From Octopus sinensis (Eukaryota), in the NCBI RefSeq assembly GCF_006345805.1, contig NC_042997.1:3410001-3474000 (forward strand): a stretch of 64,000 bases of DNA, read 5' to 3'. This document shows, piece after piece, positions 23,625 through 38,077 of the stretch. The notes below the pieces were generated by a model. It saw only the letters and a program-made list of their open reading frames with translations. It was not told the DNA's origin and ran no database searches. The stretch's first letter is position 1. Every line of letters starts with the position of its first letter. Position numbers and translations under genes: made by a program.

Positions 23625-23932
23625 ATAACGACGACGAGGGTTCTTGTTGATCCGATCAACGGAACAGCATACTCGTGATATTCACGTGCACTCCACAGAC
23701 ACGTGTATATTTAATGTAGTTTCCGAGGAGAATCAGCGTGACACAGCGTGACAAGGCTGGCCCTTTGAAATACATGAAAGAGTACAGCAAGGTTCGCCAC
23801 CCCAACCTGCCGGGGCCTTGTGGAGCTTTAGGTGTTTACGCTCAATAAACGAAAACAACGCCCGATCTTGGAATCGAAACCGCGATTCTACCACTAGGCC
23901 AACGGTCTAACCACTAGGCCAATGCGCCTCTA
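23625..23932 (-). mobile_element. Chimeric tRNA-SINE: family B head/body fused to family A tail
   Basis: Reverse complement matches 13268-13420 up to ctgtactctttc, then matches the 3113-3275 tail (tgtatttcaaaggg.cagccttgtcac...gctgttccgttgatcg). Junction ~23775/23776. Confidence 0.8.
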
Positions 23933-24011
23933 CACTAATAAGTATACATATGTATATACTAACAAGGATATAAAAATGTAATAGTATATTACACTCCAGA
24001 AAAGTAGCATG

Positions 24012-24054
<43 letters not shown>

Positions 24055-24264
24055 TTAGAATAATATGGAAGTCAGAATGTTAGATGATTTTTGTTGAGTG
24101 CGATAACGGAAGAAAGCGCTAAAAAGGCAAATAACATGTAAATAAATATATATATATATTTATATATATATTCATCCAAAATTCTGACTACTGTACTTTA
24201 AATATACAGTATGTGTACATCACGTCAAAAACTGCAACCCCTCTCTCTCTCTATGTATGTGTAT

Positions 24265-24321
<57 letters not shown>

Positions 24322-24449
24322 TATATATATATAAATACACATATACATACACACACAAACACGTGTATATTAATGTTTGTACCTATCTTTAGTTATGTTA
24401 AGACGATTTTACATGAATCTGATGAGTTACTTTATAATTTTGTACAGAA

Positions 24450-25340
24450 CAATATTTCATTCTTACAAAAGTATGTTGTCGAAGTGACTTCGAAATTTCC
24501 TCCAGCTAAGCAATCACCAGACTGCTGCCCATTAGCGTAATCTCTTCCTTTACGTCTATGTTGAGTTAATCACCGTTAGTTAAGTGTGTGTGAATGGGGT
24601 GGTTTTTAGTTATTTATGGGAAGTTCCTTCGGAAAAATTCATGCATATAGAATATTGTAAACGAGCCTACATGTGTTTCTCTTTTGTTAGGTAATCAAAA
24701 GGTGCGACGGTACTTTGTTGCTTTTGGTATTATTGGATTTAAATCATTTTGCTTGCTTTTAAAGTGTTAAAGTAAAAGTTACCGCAGTGTCCATCGCAGC
24801 ATATATGACTGTGCATCCCTACATATCTATGTAAATGGCGGGCTTTTCGAATTGAAGCCCTTAGCAATTAGGCGAGTCTAATAGCTTCACAAAATAATGT
24901 AGGTAGGTGGTAAGTTTAGTGTGGTTCTCTTTTTACTTATTGATTTTTAGGGTATTTCCTGTTTTCATTTGCAAGTTTGTTGTAATCAATCAGGCTTTGT
25001 TGGTAGAGAAATGGTTTCTCTGATGTTTTCTTTGATGATCAATAACGTATTTGAGTAGAGTTTGTGCGTCTACTTTTCTCTCTTGGTGTTCATTGTTTTA
25101 TAAGCAATTTGATAAAGGGATATTTGACTTCTTGTTTGGTGAATGTAGAATTTCTTTGGTGTTTCTGTATAACATTTCTTGAAATTTTGTTGTAGGCACA
25201 TGCTAACGTGGAATTGATATGTAAAAGAAAATGCTCTTTCAGTTTACTTGCTTGCAAGTATACATGTTATGGATGTAGAGATTTGTGTAATTATATCAGA
25301 ATATCTTATGCGGGGATTTTTGTTGGAGATTAGTTGTTTA
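24450..25340 (-). mobile_element. Degraded Penelope-like element 3' region
   Basis: Minus-strand remnants of the PLE linker (TKNPR...) and GIY-YIG-like region (gggcagcagtctggtgattgctta, ~GQxGDCL); many stops. Confidence 0.45.
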
Positions 25341-28300
25341 CTGTAAAAGTGTAAAGCTGTAAGAGTATTTGCGCAATAATTATTTATACACACGCATATC
25401 ATATGCATAATGTTTACATATATTATTGCGTATGGGATCTTAATATAAAATTCACAAAACTATATATTATACTGACCGTGTAAACGTTTTCGGACGCTCA
25501 GTTCTTAGTTTCATCAGTCCTATAATCTAAGATCAGTAGAAAGATAAATTGAATTGCCATCCAGTTGAATACTATATTCTAGCATTATGTAATAACCTGC
25601 AGTTATTGTGGACAAACGAATCAACATGAATTTGAAATTACCTGGTGATGTGCGGATCGTCTGCTAATTAAGCAACGAGAGTTAGCCTTCGGCAAAAAAG
25701 TAGGTCTGAGTAAATTGTAGGATTTTAAGACAGCAACAAAGGAATCGAACTTTTTTCCAACGAAAGGGTAGATATGCACCGGAGAATGTCGTAGGGATTC
25801 CAAATTAAACGCATAGATACACAATCGGACATTATGTGCACACCAACATAGTTTTACTTGATCGGTCTATTAACATACCGATCAGCGTGAGGAGATGGTG
25901 TGAACATGTTTCCTGGAACTTTGTAGAATCTGAAATCTGGTCCCCTATAAAAACCGCTCGGCGTGCAACGTTTGCAGACGATCTAGGAAGGTGGCTAAGA
26001 GAGATAACGCAGATAGACGATAGGAGACTCCAACGCCACGAATATACCGCAAGTATTTCCAGTTTGTTTGGGCAACCTGTAGGTTGTTGTATCATCAGCC
26101 TGCCATACATACCAGCAATATCTCTCTTTCAGTATGTAACTATTGCTGTTGCCATCTGCAAAAGGCCAACGTAGTTTGTATGTGCGATAATAAAACCATC
26201 TGATAACTGCTCGCTGACTCGTTTAATTCTTCAAACAACATAAGAGAATTTTCATTCATCAACTCAACCAGTCACCACCAGGCCAACCCCACAATCTTCA
26301 GACCGTGACAATTGTTGCAGAAAAATAGGCATTATCCTAAATTGATACACAGAAAGTTTTTAATTGGAAAGATTGATTATATGAAATATCAATTTTCTCA
26401 TTTTATATACAGTGCAAATTGAAATGTGAGACACATCTTACGTACAAAATAATGAAAATACATATTCGATTGTGTAGGCCATGCATATCAAAGTTCGAGT
26501 TTCTAAATTTAAGACGTATCACCGTTTATTGTTATACCCTAAATGGAAGGAAAATTTATTAATATGTTTGGTTCTTGTTGGGCATGTATATAATGCTGGT
26601 GTGAAAATAATAAACCGGCCGAGAAATTTACAATAATGATCCTGAAATATATGCTTATAGTAATCCCTGCACGAACTAGATAATGTTAAGTGTAGGTTAT
26701 CATGGTATTAATGGCCAGCCGGAAAATAGGTGGCAATCAACTGAAAATATAATTTACGAAAAGGTAGTTTTAACGTTTATTTCTCTTACCTGTGTTCCCT
26801 GGAATTTTCACTAACGTTTATTACGCATGTAATTTCAATTTCAATGTGAGAGTAAATAGTATTAGCACGTAAAACACGATATAGTCTTTACTTCATTATG
26901 CTTCATTTTGCAGGCATGCTAAGGGAAATTTCCAATATCCTTTTTTAAAATTGCTTAGTCGGTGAAATATTTACACAACAAAAACCATAAGATCTCCAAG
27001 TCATTCTATACTTTGAGGTGAATATATTTCAATGCATAATTCTATAAATACTTTTAAACATGAGCGGAGTCAGTATCCTGTCCTGAAAATATCAATCTCT
27101 GTATGTATTCCTTTTATTCGTTTTATGAGCCGTTTGAAATTCCGTAGGTGCTCTACCTTATATCACTTCATTAATGATATTTTTATAGATACAAATTTAA
27201 TTGCTAATGACTAATTTAGCTTCGAAACTTCACTTTCTTTTATGTTGATCACAGAAGAGACTCAAGAGACAAAATTTTAATTTTTATTATAAATGTCTTC
27301 AGTTTTTCAAGGAATAAACTCTAAAAATATTCTTACAATAATTAATATTATTACAATAAAAAAAAAGTATTATTTAAAATTGGCAATATATGGAGATTGC
27401 GTGAGAGTATCGTTATAAATGCCGACATTTTTCTTAATGATATAGGATGACGCATGAAAACAATGGTAAAAAAAAAACAATATAAGGTGAATATCTTTTA
27501 ATTTTATTTTCGTTCTCTAATTTTGTCCATTACTCTATATACGCATTTACACACACACATATATACATATGATATAATATAATATAATATAGGATATAAA
27601 CACACACTTTCCCTCACACCCGCGCATACATACATACATACATACATACATACATAATACATACATACCTACATACATACATACATACATACATACATAC
27701 ACACACTGCATATCCCATGCACTGTCAGTTTACTCATTTGATTTAATACAAGGACAATGTATTTCTGGTACAATTTGGCATTACTCCCTCGTATAAAGAG
27801 CAACAGAACTGTAAGTCTACTGATTGTATGTAAACCAGTAAGCAGGATCAATTTCCCACTTTAACATTGCCCATTCTCGAGCGATGATTGCTGAAACAAT
27901 ATTATTTAATAAAGATAAATTTAAATTGAACATCAATATGTGTCTTGTTTCTAAATTTCCCATGGGAACTCATGATTTTTCACTAGTCGACAAACGAAAG
28001 TATGTCAATTTATTCATGGCTCTCCTGCGCGTTAATTTTTCGAAAATTATTTACTTGGAGAATAGGCTGGATACCAATCGACATAGTTTGCGGTAATTAC
28101 TCACATGGTTTTAAATTCAAATCCCACCCAGCTGAGCAAGATAAAAATTAGAGCCAACCAAGTCCAAGCACTGGTTTAATCGAATGTTACTAAGAAATCA
28201 ATATTATTATTTTTGCCAATTTTACTACTGAATGACTCTGTCAATCGCATTGTTTGGTTTCGTATTTTCTGTTTTATTGAAAGTACTCACCGTAATATGA

Positions 28301-28599
28301 GCGCAGCTCTTAGGATTGCTACTCCTTCTAAGTCGCAAATATTTCTAAGTTCTACGTTATTTTTATACATCTGTTTACTTCTTATTTTGTATCATTCTGA
28401 GTAAACATGTCTTATCAATATCTTCGTTACCTCTTTTCCTTAGAAATCATCATATTTGGATACTTTCTCAATTCATTTACGAAATACATTACGCATAGTG
28501 ATATTGATCGTTCATTTAACATATGATTCCTGTTCTACTGCTCCTTGGCATCGATATCATTTTAATTTTCTTTACTAAACCTGTTTATGTCAACTGACA

Positions 28600-29480
28600 T
28601 ACACAGAGTATCATTACCTCGTCAATTTCTGGGGAAAGTTCTGTAATGTATGGTGTATGTACCCTTTTATTTGGGACCAAAACAGGAGTGCCTGTAGCAC
28701 TCATCAGACATGCTATTCACTGATGATGCAGCAACTGTCCTTCACACTCAACGGAAAATCCAGTCTCTGCTCTCATGCATGCAATATCTTCGGGCAGGTT
28801 ATCATCCTGAGGGAGATAAACATCTTGGGACATGGTTCAGACACGTCTACAGTCATCACAGTTGATAAATCTAAACGTGATATCATCAATCATTGTATTA
28901 TCTTGTCTGTTTTATTCCCGGCAACCTCATTTTGGAGATGGAGATCGACCATAAGACAAGAAAGGCATTTTCCACTATGTCTCCGTTGTCGTCTATCGAG
29001 TGTAAATAATCTAGAGGTCATGGTATTCTCAAAGATTTAGAGATGGCAATGCCAACGTGGTAAATATTTTACGGCAATGAGACATGGACCATATACGCCA
29101 GCTGGTAGATTAGATTAAACACATATTTGAGAAGTACTCGTCATATTCTATATATGCACTGGCAATATATAATACTCACTCCTAAACTACCCTAGTATAT
29201 CCTCATTGATCATGCCGCAAAGGATGTACTTGCTGGGTTACGTACACCCACGATGAAGGGCCACCACATCCCAAAGAATATCCTATATTAATATCTGGCA
29301 TCATGGAGGAGAGTCATCAACCGTCTCAACATGCGCAGCAGAAATGTCCTCATGAGAGCTATAAAGGCGTTTGTATTAAATCGGGAGAGCTTAACAGATG
29401 ATCGGCAAGGTGCTAGGTTATCCTTAGTTTCTACGTGAAGATAGGAAAGCAACGGTGCTGTAAGCCACGGCGGAGAAATG
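28600..29480 (+). mobile_element. RTE-clade LINE RT C-terminal relic
   Basis: LIRHMLFTDDAA (FADD), ACNIFGQVI..RxxNILG, EIDHKxRKAFSTM, ILYGNETWTIYA, RLNT; degenerate. Confidence 0.8.
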
Positions 29481-30017
29481 GGCACGTAGAAAGGATTACT
29501 TCATTAACGTCAAATCAATGAACATATGAAGAGGTATTTATTTCAAGAAAACAAATGTCAGTCTAGCATTGTTTTTTACTTCTTCTGAGTCATTGAATTT
29601 TATTCTCAGTCATTCAGGTTCATTCCAAAAAGGATGCGCAATTGCTTATTCATGCCTTGTGTACTTGATCACCTGTATATCAATATACAGAGGAGCAGAT
29701 GCCTAGCACACAAATATTTACAATCAATGTAATGAAACATCCCTACATACTACATATATGCTTCTTCACACACAAAATGCCTGAACACTTCATATATTTT
29801 CGCCTTTGCTTCATATAATGCTCCTCTGTGTTATTGACATATACAATTATTTATTGGTACTTGAATATCCCTACAGTATATGAAGCTACAATACATACCA
29901 AAGAATAGTGCTGCATAACGTTATTTCTAAGTGGATGTCTGACATTTTGGATATTTTTCTGTCGATACCCCTAATTGTTTTTTAGGGACTAACATATACA
30001 TACGTTATACTTACGAT

Positions 30018-30238
30018 CAGCGACGAGCTTGCAGAAACGTTAGCACGCCTGGCGAAATGCTTCGCGGTATTTCGTCTGCCTCTACGTTCTGAGTTCAAAT
30101 TCCGCCGAGGTCGACTTTGCATTTCATCCTTTCGGGGTCGATAAATTAAGTACCAGTTACGCACTGGGGTCGATGTAATCGACTTAATCCGCTTGTCTGT
30201 CCTTGCTTGTCCCCTCTGTGTTGAGCTCCTTGTGGTCA
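30018..30238 (+). mobile_element. Nin-domain SINE (single unit)
   Basis: Close match to unit 1 of 21868-22090. Confidence 0.9.
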
Positions 30239-31545
30239 AAAAAAAATTATACTTACCATCATAATCCGAACTTCATTTTTCATGATATAAATGTATATAA
30301 ATTATACAAGTCATGTGTTAAAAAGAGCACCACTTTCAAGTGAAACTGTACCAATTATTTCCAAATCACACAGTATTTGGTGGACTCATATATAAACAAA
30401 GTACAATTTAAAAAATGTAAAAAGAAAACTATTTCATCAGAGGATTTTTTGTTAAACCTGTAATGACCGTTTTCGAAAGGTTTTCCGCTTCCTCGACACA
30501 ATCAAGGAGATCCTACACCGCTGAGTCTACGACACTCTACACACTTTACCTCCAAGCAATGCTTTAAAAAAGGAAGTGAGATAGAACATTATAGCTTAAT
30601 GTGTATGCGTGACAGAGTTCCAGGTCAGTCTGTGCCAGACGATTTATTCTCCGTATTTTAGTTCCCTTATATCAACAACCCCGTTATTTCTTGATCAAAC
30701 GTCGTATATCAGGCTTATATTAGTAGAAAAGCATTCCTACAACGTACACTACTCGAGATACGTTGCATTCTCTTGTCTCATTATCTACTTTTGATAGAAA
30801 GCTTTCCATCTCTGTGAACGAGACGGTTGCACACCATTTACATATACCTGTTTTTAACATACGCCATCAAAATGTAATCTCCAATTCAGACATTTTCAAA
30901 GTAATCTGATCGCCAGATTATATATGTTTACTACACAATTAAGTTCGGGAATTATCTAACTCATAATTGTAATTACTTACTTAATATTAGGTTTCTATTT
31001 TTTCAGTTTTATCTTTCGGGACATATGCTATTAAGTTTCATTAGTAACGTTTGTCAGTGTGCTTTATATGATAGTAGACATTATTAGATCTTTTGTTTTA
31101 AATTAAATACAGAAACTTAATCACACTAATCGATTTGTCGATTTTATGTTTTCGAGATTAACGAATTTTCGTTATATGAAATACCATCAAATGAATCAGA
31201 TATGTATAATAGTTAGAACAATACTAGAGTAAACTCACACATAGACGCGCACAGAAGCACACGCCCGCAAACTTAGATGTTGAAACATACGAAGATACCT
31301 TCTAATATGCTAAACAAGCTATTACGTGCAAAAACGTCACATATCTTTATAAAAAAGGAAGAACCAAACGTTGGAATGCTACCAGCTTTCCATGTGTGTC
31401 TCCCATCGAGTATAAGAAATAAGAGAGATGTCTGCGCTTGCACAGAATTATATGGGTACAGAAAAAAATAAAGAGACGCTAATGTACGTATATTTGTATG
31501 TATATATATGTATATATGTATATGTATATATGCATATATGTATGC

Positions 31546-31620
<75 letters not shown>

Positions 31621-31693
31621 CTACATATATATATATATATATATATATGTATAAATATGTGTATATATACGTGTACATATGCATATGCATATA

Positions 31694-31760
<67 letters not shown>

Positions 31761-32289
31761 ATATAAGTGTGTATGTTTGTGTGTATACGTATGTAAGCAG
31801 GGACAGATATATATATATATATATATACATAGAGAGAGAGGGGGGAGAAAAGGCAGGCAGATAGAAAGTTTGTTGAGACACATATACATATGTATATTCC
31901 AAAAAATGAAAGGCACCAACGTACGATTCTCTATGAAAGCAAAGTCAAGCCTACAGAAAGATTCCACCCGAGAAAGCTTTCAGAACATACAAGGTTCTTT
32001 CTAAGAAATGTCAAATGAATCAAAGATAATTTTCACCCCTACCACACGCACAGTTCAAAATATCCATGTAATGTGTTCGAGGTGCATATCATATTCGATG
32101 TAATCTTGTTAACAAAAAGCCGAAAATGTAACCTATCAAAATACACTCTATATCAACAATATTCCTATGTTAAAGACAAACTTTACTTTTCAAAATTTAT
32201 TCAAATTCAGAGACAATTATTAGCGAATGAGATGGTATCGAACAATCAAAATCAATACGCTTTTATATAAACCGTATGTAATTCATTCT

Positions 32290-33073
32290 ACCTCACAGTT
32301 GTGACAGCCCAGATCACAGAATACTCGGTGTATATTGTCAGCTTATGAACTGGAAGACATCTGAATGTAGTGAAACAGTTTCTGTACTATGAGGAATCGA
32401 AATGGGTATCACAATGCCGACATCATGACTGATGCTTTATTCTCTGTAAACAATATAAAGACTGTAAGACGTGACATAGACAGCTGCAGCGGAGACTATG
32501 AAACTATGACAAGATGCAAATGAGACAGCAGTCGTTCTGGCTGTGTTCGCAATCCTGCTTTCAATCACCGGCTGAAGAACAGGGGCTATGCTCAGTTCAG
32601 ATGACAATAGGAAGCTGCTGGAGAATGCGATTAAAAGCTGGAAAGATTTGCTGATAGAAGGCCATATCTGATATAGCAAGATTCGCTTCCTTGCCGGCAA
32701 GAGTCATACGGTGTTGTTGGGGAATTTCTACACGATCACATGTCCCGATTTCTGACCTCCAAATTCCCAAGATTGTAATCCCATTTATCTTTTATGTGCC
32801 TACAATACGAAAGCCGGGATGGTAGCCAAGCTCAAGAAGATTTTCGGAGATTTTCTCAGAGAAACACAAATTGAGGATTGCATGCATTTAGTTCCGGAGG
32901 TGTTCTGGGGCGGCGGCTGAGGCTGAGCGCAGCTATTTGAGTAAACTGCTATTTCCCAGCCATAATCTAGTTGATAATTTTTGACGTTAAGAATAATTTT
33001 GCTACGTTTAGAATATTGGGCTTCAATTTCGTTTTATGCGCACGGTCAAATTTAGCCCGAACACACTCTACGT
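32290..33073 (+). mobile_element. Tc1/mariner relic, DD37D/maT-like
   Basis: Degenerate YxxQQDSxP, DFxPPNSQDCNP (WPPxSPDxNP) and a C-terminal ...AEAERSYLS* remnant. Confidence 0.7.
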
Positions 33074-34789
33074 ATAGAGATAAACCCATAAGCACACACT
33101 AGTATAGCCTAAACGAAGGTAACTTATTCTAAAATTCTCTCAGGTATCCAGCAGATTATATTCTACATCGCTTTACAGTTTATCGATCCTGTAGCTATTA
33201 ACTAGCAATAACGTTTGTTATACAGTACATCTGTAGCAATATTTTTTATTCGACAGAAAGTAAGCAGTCTGTAATGCTAAGATTGTTTTGTAGATTTACG
33301 AGTACCTTCTAGAAATATTTAAATTTAATATAATAAAAGGTAATTAATGCACAAATGCGGATAAAGAAATTAATGCAAAGTTTATGATTCTTTTCTGTAC
33401 AGTATCATAAAACATCTCTATTTGTTGTCATGGAAATTGAAAACACCATGTAGAGAGAGTCCAGATTAATGTATAATATATTTTGTGGGGTTTTATAATC
33501 TTGTTATCCGCTATTTAAGCTATGTTAAATATTTCATTGCTTAAAAAAATGGTAAAGAAACAGAAAAGCAAACCACAGCTTTTCAAAATTTCGTCTACAC
33601 TATTGAATAATATCAGGTTAACTAGGCGAAGCAATCGTATGAATTCAATGAATAATTCTTTCCAACCAAACATTGTACACAAGCAGGCGCATTCCCCCAC
33701 GAACGCGCACATTCACAAATGCAGTTATGTGCTTGTGTGCGTATATGAATGTATTTAGACGCACACGCATAAAAAACACTACATTTTGGTTTTAATTGTA
33801 CACTTCTCAGAATAACGTTGAATCATTACATTAGTTCGCTTTCTTATCACTTTTACGTTGTTGAAACCATTATTTCAATTTTACAGCGTTTCATCATTAA
33901 ATAACAGCATATACAATTATCTTTTTCCGGTTGGAATTTCCATTTTATCACTTATTATTATGAAAATATCTTATGATATCTGCTAAAAAATTGCCTATAA
34001 TATACAAGTGAAATGCAGCTATGTTCGGTATTTCAGACAGTATTGTCCTAAAGTGTATTTATTTCAATTAAAACATTCTACTTGTGTAAATCTACAGCCA
34101 TGCCAGATGTGACTTACGACTGAGACACTGGAAAAGGTCAACAGATTGCATAGATCTACAATTATAATCCACAGGATCTTAATTAGGAACAAACTGAGCA
34201 CATTTTCGGAGTCACGATGACATAAATGAAAATAAAGAAAAGGAAAGTAAATTTAGTGATACGGCCCTAACTATCCTACAAGATATCACTGCCATAAAAC
34301 GTTAGAAGTTGTTCGGTCATGTGTTAACAAGGAAACTCGTTACATCCTCTCATGAGTGACGACCACTGTGGAAATTGTTGTGGGCGTGGCAGTCACGCCC
34401 AAAATGTAGTTGAGAACGGGCGAGAGGATCTGGTACACGTGGATGGCATTATAGAACATCATTTTCAGTGGATTTGCAAACAAACTTGATGACGTTCTCA
34501 CGTTGCTCGATGTCTAATATAGAGGTGAAGATATTAAGACTCTCCTCTCTATCTTTTTCCTACTCACTTTGTCTCTCCTTCTCTCCTACTCTCCTCCCTC
34601 TTTCTGTCCCTCTCTCTCTATTTCTCTCCCTCTCTTTCTATTACCCTATATCTCTCTGTCACGCAATCACCCACACGCGAGCGCGTGCATACACACTTGC
34701 AAAGACAAAAGGTGAAGTAAGGAAATGACGATTTGTTGAGTAATCGTTTTTAAAAGACAGTTTATGTTATTGGTTTTAAATGTTGGTAC

Positions 34790-34982
34790 AAGGCAGCAAA
34801 TTGGAGCCAGGAGCCCAGTCGAGTGCATCGGCGCCAGTGTTTAATAGGTACTTATTTTATCAACCGCGAAGGAATGAAAGACGATGTCGACCTCGGCGAA
34901 ATTTGAACTCAGACCGCGAAGATGGATGAAATGTTGTTAAGTATTTTGCCCTGTGTAATTACGATTTTGCCAGCTCCCCGCT
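34790..34982 (-). mobile_element. Nin-domain SINE, diverged
   Basis: Reverse complement: gcggggagctggcaaaatcg...ctgagttcaaatttcgccgaggtcgac...gataaaataagtacc. Confidence 0.8.
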
Positions 34983-35016
34983 TTCACTGACGGTCCTTAA
35001 TAGTTGTGCCTTATAG

Positions 35017-35210
35017 GGCGGTGAGCTGGCAGAAACATCAGCACGTCGGATAAGCGAACAGCATTTTCTCCGTCTTTACGTTGTGAAATCAAATCTCACC
35101 GAAATCAATTTTAACATTCATCATTTTGTGATCGAAGCAATAAGGAACAGTTGAATCGATGTAATTGACTATACCCACGCCTTGGAAACTGCTAATCTCG
35201 TGCTCATTTT
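35017..35210 (+). mobile_element. Nin-domain SINE, diverged
   Basis: gggcggtgagctggcagaaac head; decayed Nin body; head-to-head with the previous copy. Confidence 0.7.
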
Positions 35211-35399
35211 AAACCAATATTAGTGTCTTTTCAACAATTCAAAGAGAGTCCGCTGGCTACATGAAGTAATTCACATACGTAGAAAACGAGATAAGTAAAC
35301 GTAGTGATAAACAAAAGTGTCTGCAAACAATTCATACGGTTTCTTCTGTCCAGATTTCTTTTCTCGTTTTTCCACGCGTTTAACATAGATCTCAGTTTA

Positions 35400-36421
35400 A
35401 AAGTATGAAGGTGGGTTTAAAAATGCATAAGCTGACAATAAACGTGTGATGCTATAGCTATATAATCTTACATGCATTAATTTCAATGCTTGTTATTAGT
35501 AACTGCATCGTTTCTCTGCAGATGATGTGCCAGACAACTGTTCAAAGTAGACTTCAAAAGTAATCCGTAGTTATTTCTCTTGAAAATGGACAGCCACCTC
35601 AAAGGAACACTTTTGTTCACTATATGGTAATGAATGGCAGGCGATTGAGTATAAATCAATTAGTCAAAACTTTTAGCGTATCCCGTGATAGTTGAGAATA
35701 TGATGCACAATGAATTTGGCCTCATAAATGTTTCTTCTTCTTGGGTGCTATGTATCTGACACCTGATCAAATGTACACCAGGTTGATCACATCACGGGTA
35801 AATAAGGCATTGTTTAACGCCTATTCAAATGTTTTCCTTCAACGTTTCCTAACCCGGGATGAGTGTTGGGTTCATCACTATTTGCCAGAGATACCGAAAG
35901 ACGATCCAAGCATTAGAGACATTCCACCCCCTGCTCCAAAAGGTCAATCTCGTTCTATTTGAAGAAAAGGTGATGGACTCAGTTTTTAGAATGAAATCTT
36001 TAGTGTATTTATTGACTATGTTCCAATAAGACTACATCATCACTGGAAAGTATTTTGTCAACATGCTGAGGCAGTTACAAAAGGCTACCAAGAACAAAAC
36101 CTCGGGAAAACTGGCGGAAAGAGACTTACTTCATCAAGGAAATGCTGTTTTACACAAATTCTTGTTTTGAATGGTTTTTGCGCGTGATTGTCCCTATGTG
36201 AGTATCATTTGTTCCTCAACATTAAGCAGTATTGGGAGGAAACCAGCATAGTAAGGAGGATCACATCAAATCTGTTCTTGGTGGCTTTTTTAACAACATA
36301 ATCCAATCACTGCAACAACGATAGAAGACATGTGTGGACCCCTGATGGGACTATTTTGAAAAGTAAACCTACTTTAATCATATTCCATCAGATCCAATGA
36401 AGTGTTCAACCGACGCACGTA
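35400..36421 (+). mobile_element. mariner DD34D transposase relic
   Basis: RFLTRDECWVHHYLPE (xTGDETW), RKVMxSVF, FIDY, ITGKYF, LHQGNA (HQDNA) and C-terminal LQQRxKTCVD..GDYFEK*. Confidence 0.85.
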
Positions 36422-36689
36422 GTTCTTAGTACCTCCAAACACTACTCTCTACTTTTCTTATATTGACTGTCACTTTCCGCATCACGAAAGTGCAAGGTAT
36501 CCTGCTCAATAGAGCAGAAGATTTTATATGTGAGTTAGCCTTCTTCTAGAGAGAAGCCTTAAGATATATCGAGAGCCCCCACTCAGAATTGGATTAATGC
36601 GCCCTCAGATACCAAGCTGAATATATCTACGTCCCATCGAACATATTCTAGTAAATACATAACTCGGACACTGACAGGTTCAAATACTA

Positions 36690-36810
36690 TAGATCAGAGG
36701 AAACCTAAAAACATCATTGGCTAAGAGGTGGTCCACATTCCCCAAAACTTCGGAAATCTTGACTCAGAACCCCATAACCAGGTGTAGTTTAAAGTCCTAC
36801 CCAGAATTTT
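36690..36810 (+). mobile_element. Probable RTE-related SINE/LINE 3' tail
   Basis: ...ccaggtgtagtttaaagtcctacccagaa resembles RTE-type 3' ends; pattern recognition only. Confidence 0.3.
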
Positions 36811-37315
36811 TGGGCGCATTTGTGATTTATGCACGCCATTAAACAACTCATAACATGTTTATTTTGGTGGATTTTCATAAAATGTTTCAGATTAATATTA
36901 TACACATGGGAATTCATACGATTGCGCAGAAAAGAAAACAAAAACAGAAAAAAAATCTTGGTGCATGATTTAATGCATGTTTAGCTCTTATATTTAGCAC
37001 ACCACATGACCACCTAATACCCTCTTATTTGTCTGATTTATCAATATTTTTCAATATATTACTCACTATAAACATATTAAATGTTCTATTTTGGGGTTTT
37101 AAGCCAAAAAGCGGTCTGTCCTTATTTTTAACTAATTTATTTCAATTACAGTTAAAAATAAGGACAGTCCACATTTTTGGAAAGATTCAAGAAATTAACG
37201 AAAGCAATATTAGCTAAGATTCGAAAAATTTTGCAAATCTTTTCCTAATATGCCCAGAAATAAAACAAATTACAAGGGGCTATGTGGATTGCGCAAAGTG
37301 AAATACACTTGGTAG

Positions 37316-37387
<72 letters not shown>

Positions 37388-37730
37388 GGCAAATTTGTTT
37401 GTGAAAATGCACCTAAATTTGAAAAACTTACTAGTGCTCAAAATATTCGTAAACTTAGATGTCTTTAAAGAGACTCGTTCCACAAGGTAAAGAAAGTCTA
37501 TAGTAGGAATCAAATTGTGTAGGTATATAGACAATTATATATTCTTTTCTTCTTGTCATTTGACAGCGGCCAAGCTGGACGACCAACTTTAGTCGCAGAA
37601 ATCGAGCCCAGGACTTATTCTTTTTAAGTCTAATACTTATTCCATCATTTTCGTTTGCTAATTGGTAGAGAAAATGAGAGGAATTTTGGGGAATTGAATC
37701 TGGACATGCATATATATATATATATATATG

Positions 37731-37890
37731 ACGGGATTTTATCAGTTTCTCTCCCCCAAATCCACTCAGACGGCTTTGGTTGGTCCGAGGGTAAAGTAGA
37801 AGACACTTGGCCAAGATGCAACGAAGTGGGAATGAACCGGCAGCATGTGATTGGAAAGCAAGCTACTTACATAAAGCCACACATGATGTG
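37731..37890 (-). mobile_element. tRNA-SINE family C (duplicate at ~39503-39665)
   Basis: Reverse complement matches the 41597-41760 layout. Confidence 0.75.
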
Positions 37891-38003
37891 TCTAATTTCT
37901 TCTTACGCATAAAAGGCTTGCGCTCTCTCTCTCTCTCGCTCTCTCTCCACACACACACACACACGCACACACTCACACACGCACACACTCACACACACAC
38001 ATG

Positions 38004-38044
<41 letters not shown>

Positions 38045-38077
38045 AAACGTGTGCATATGTGTGTGCCTGTGTGTGCG

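Noticed and set aside
24420-24497. ctgatgagttac...gtgacttcgaaa as a hammerhead
   Set aside because: Extra nucleotides before GAAA, a long unstructured loop, and no convincing helix I or III.
25484-25517. Minus-strand CUGAUGA...GAAAACGUUU hammerhead
   Set aside because: Core words are present next to a PLE relic, but neither helix II nor helix I pairs; at best a decayed copy.
25600-26300. ORFs 25832..26110 and 25836..26174 as host exons
   Set aside because: No recognisable domain or convincing splice-site pair; probably a decayed TE.
27752-27809. Candidate plus-strand exon (aag|...ACT|gtaagt)
   Set aside because: Two frames are open, the acceptor is weak, and there is no homology or supporting partner exon.
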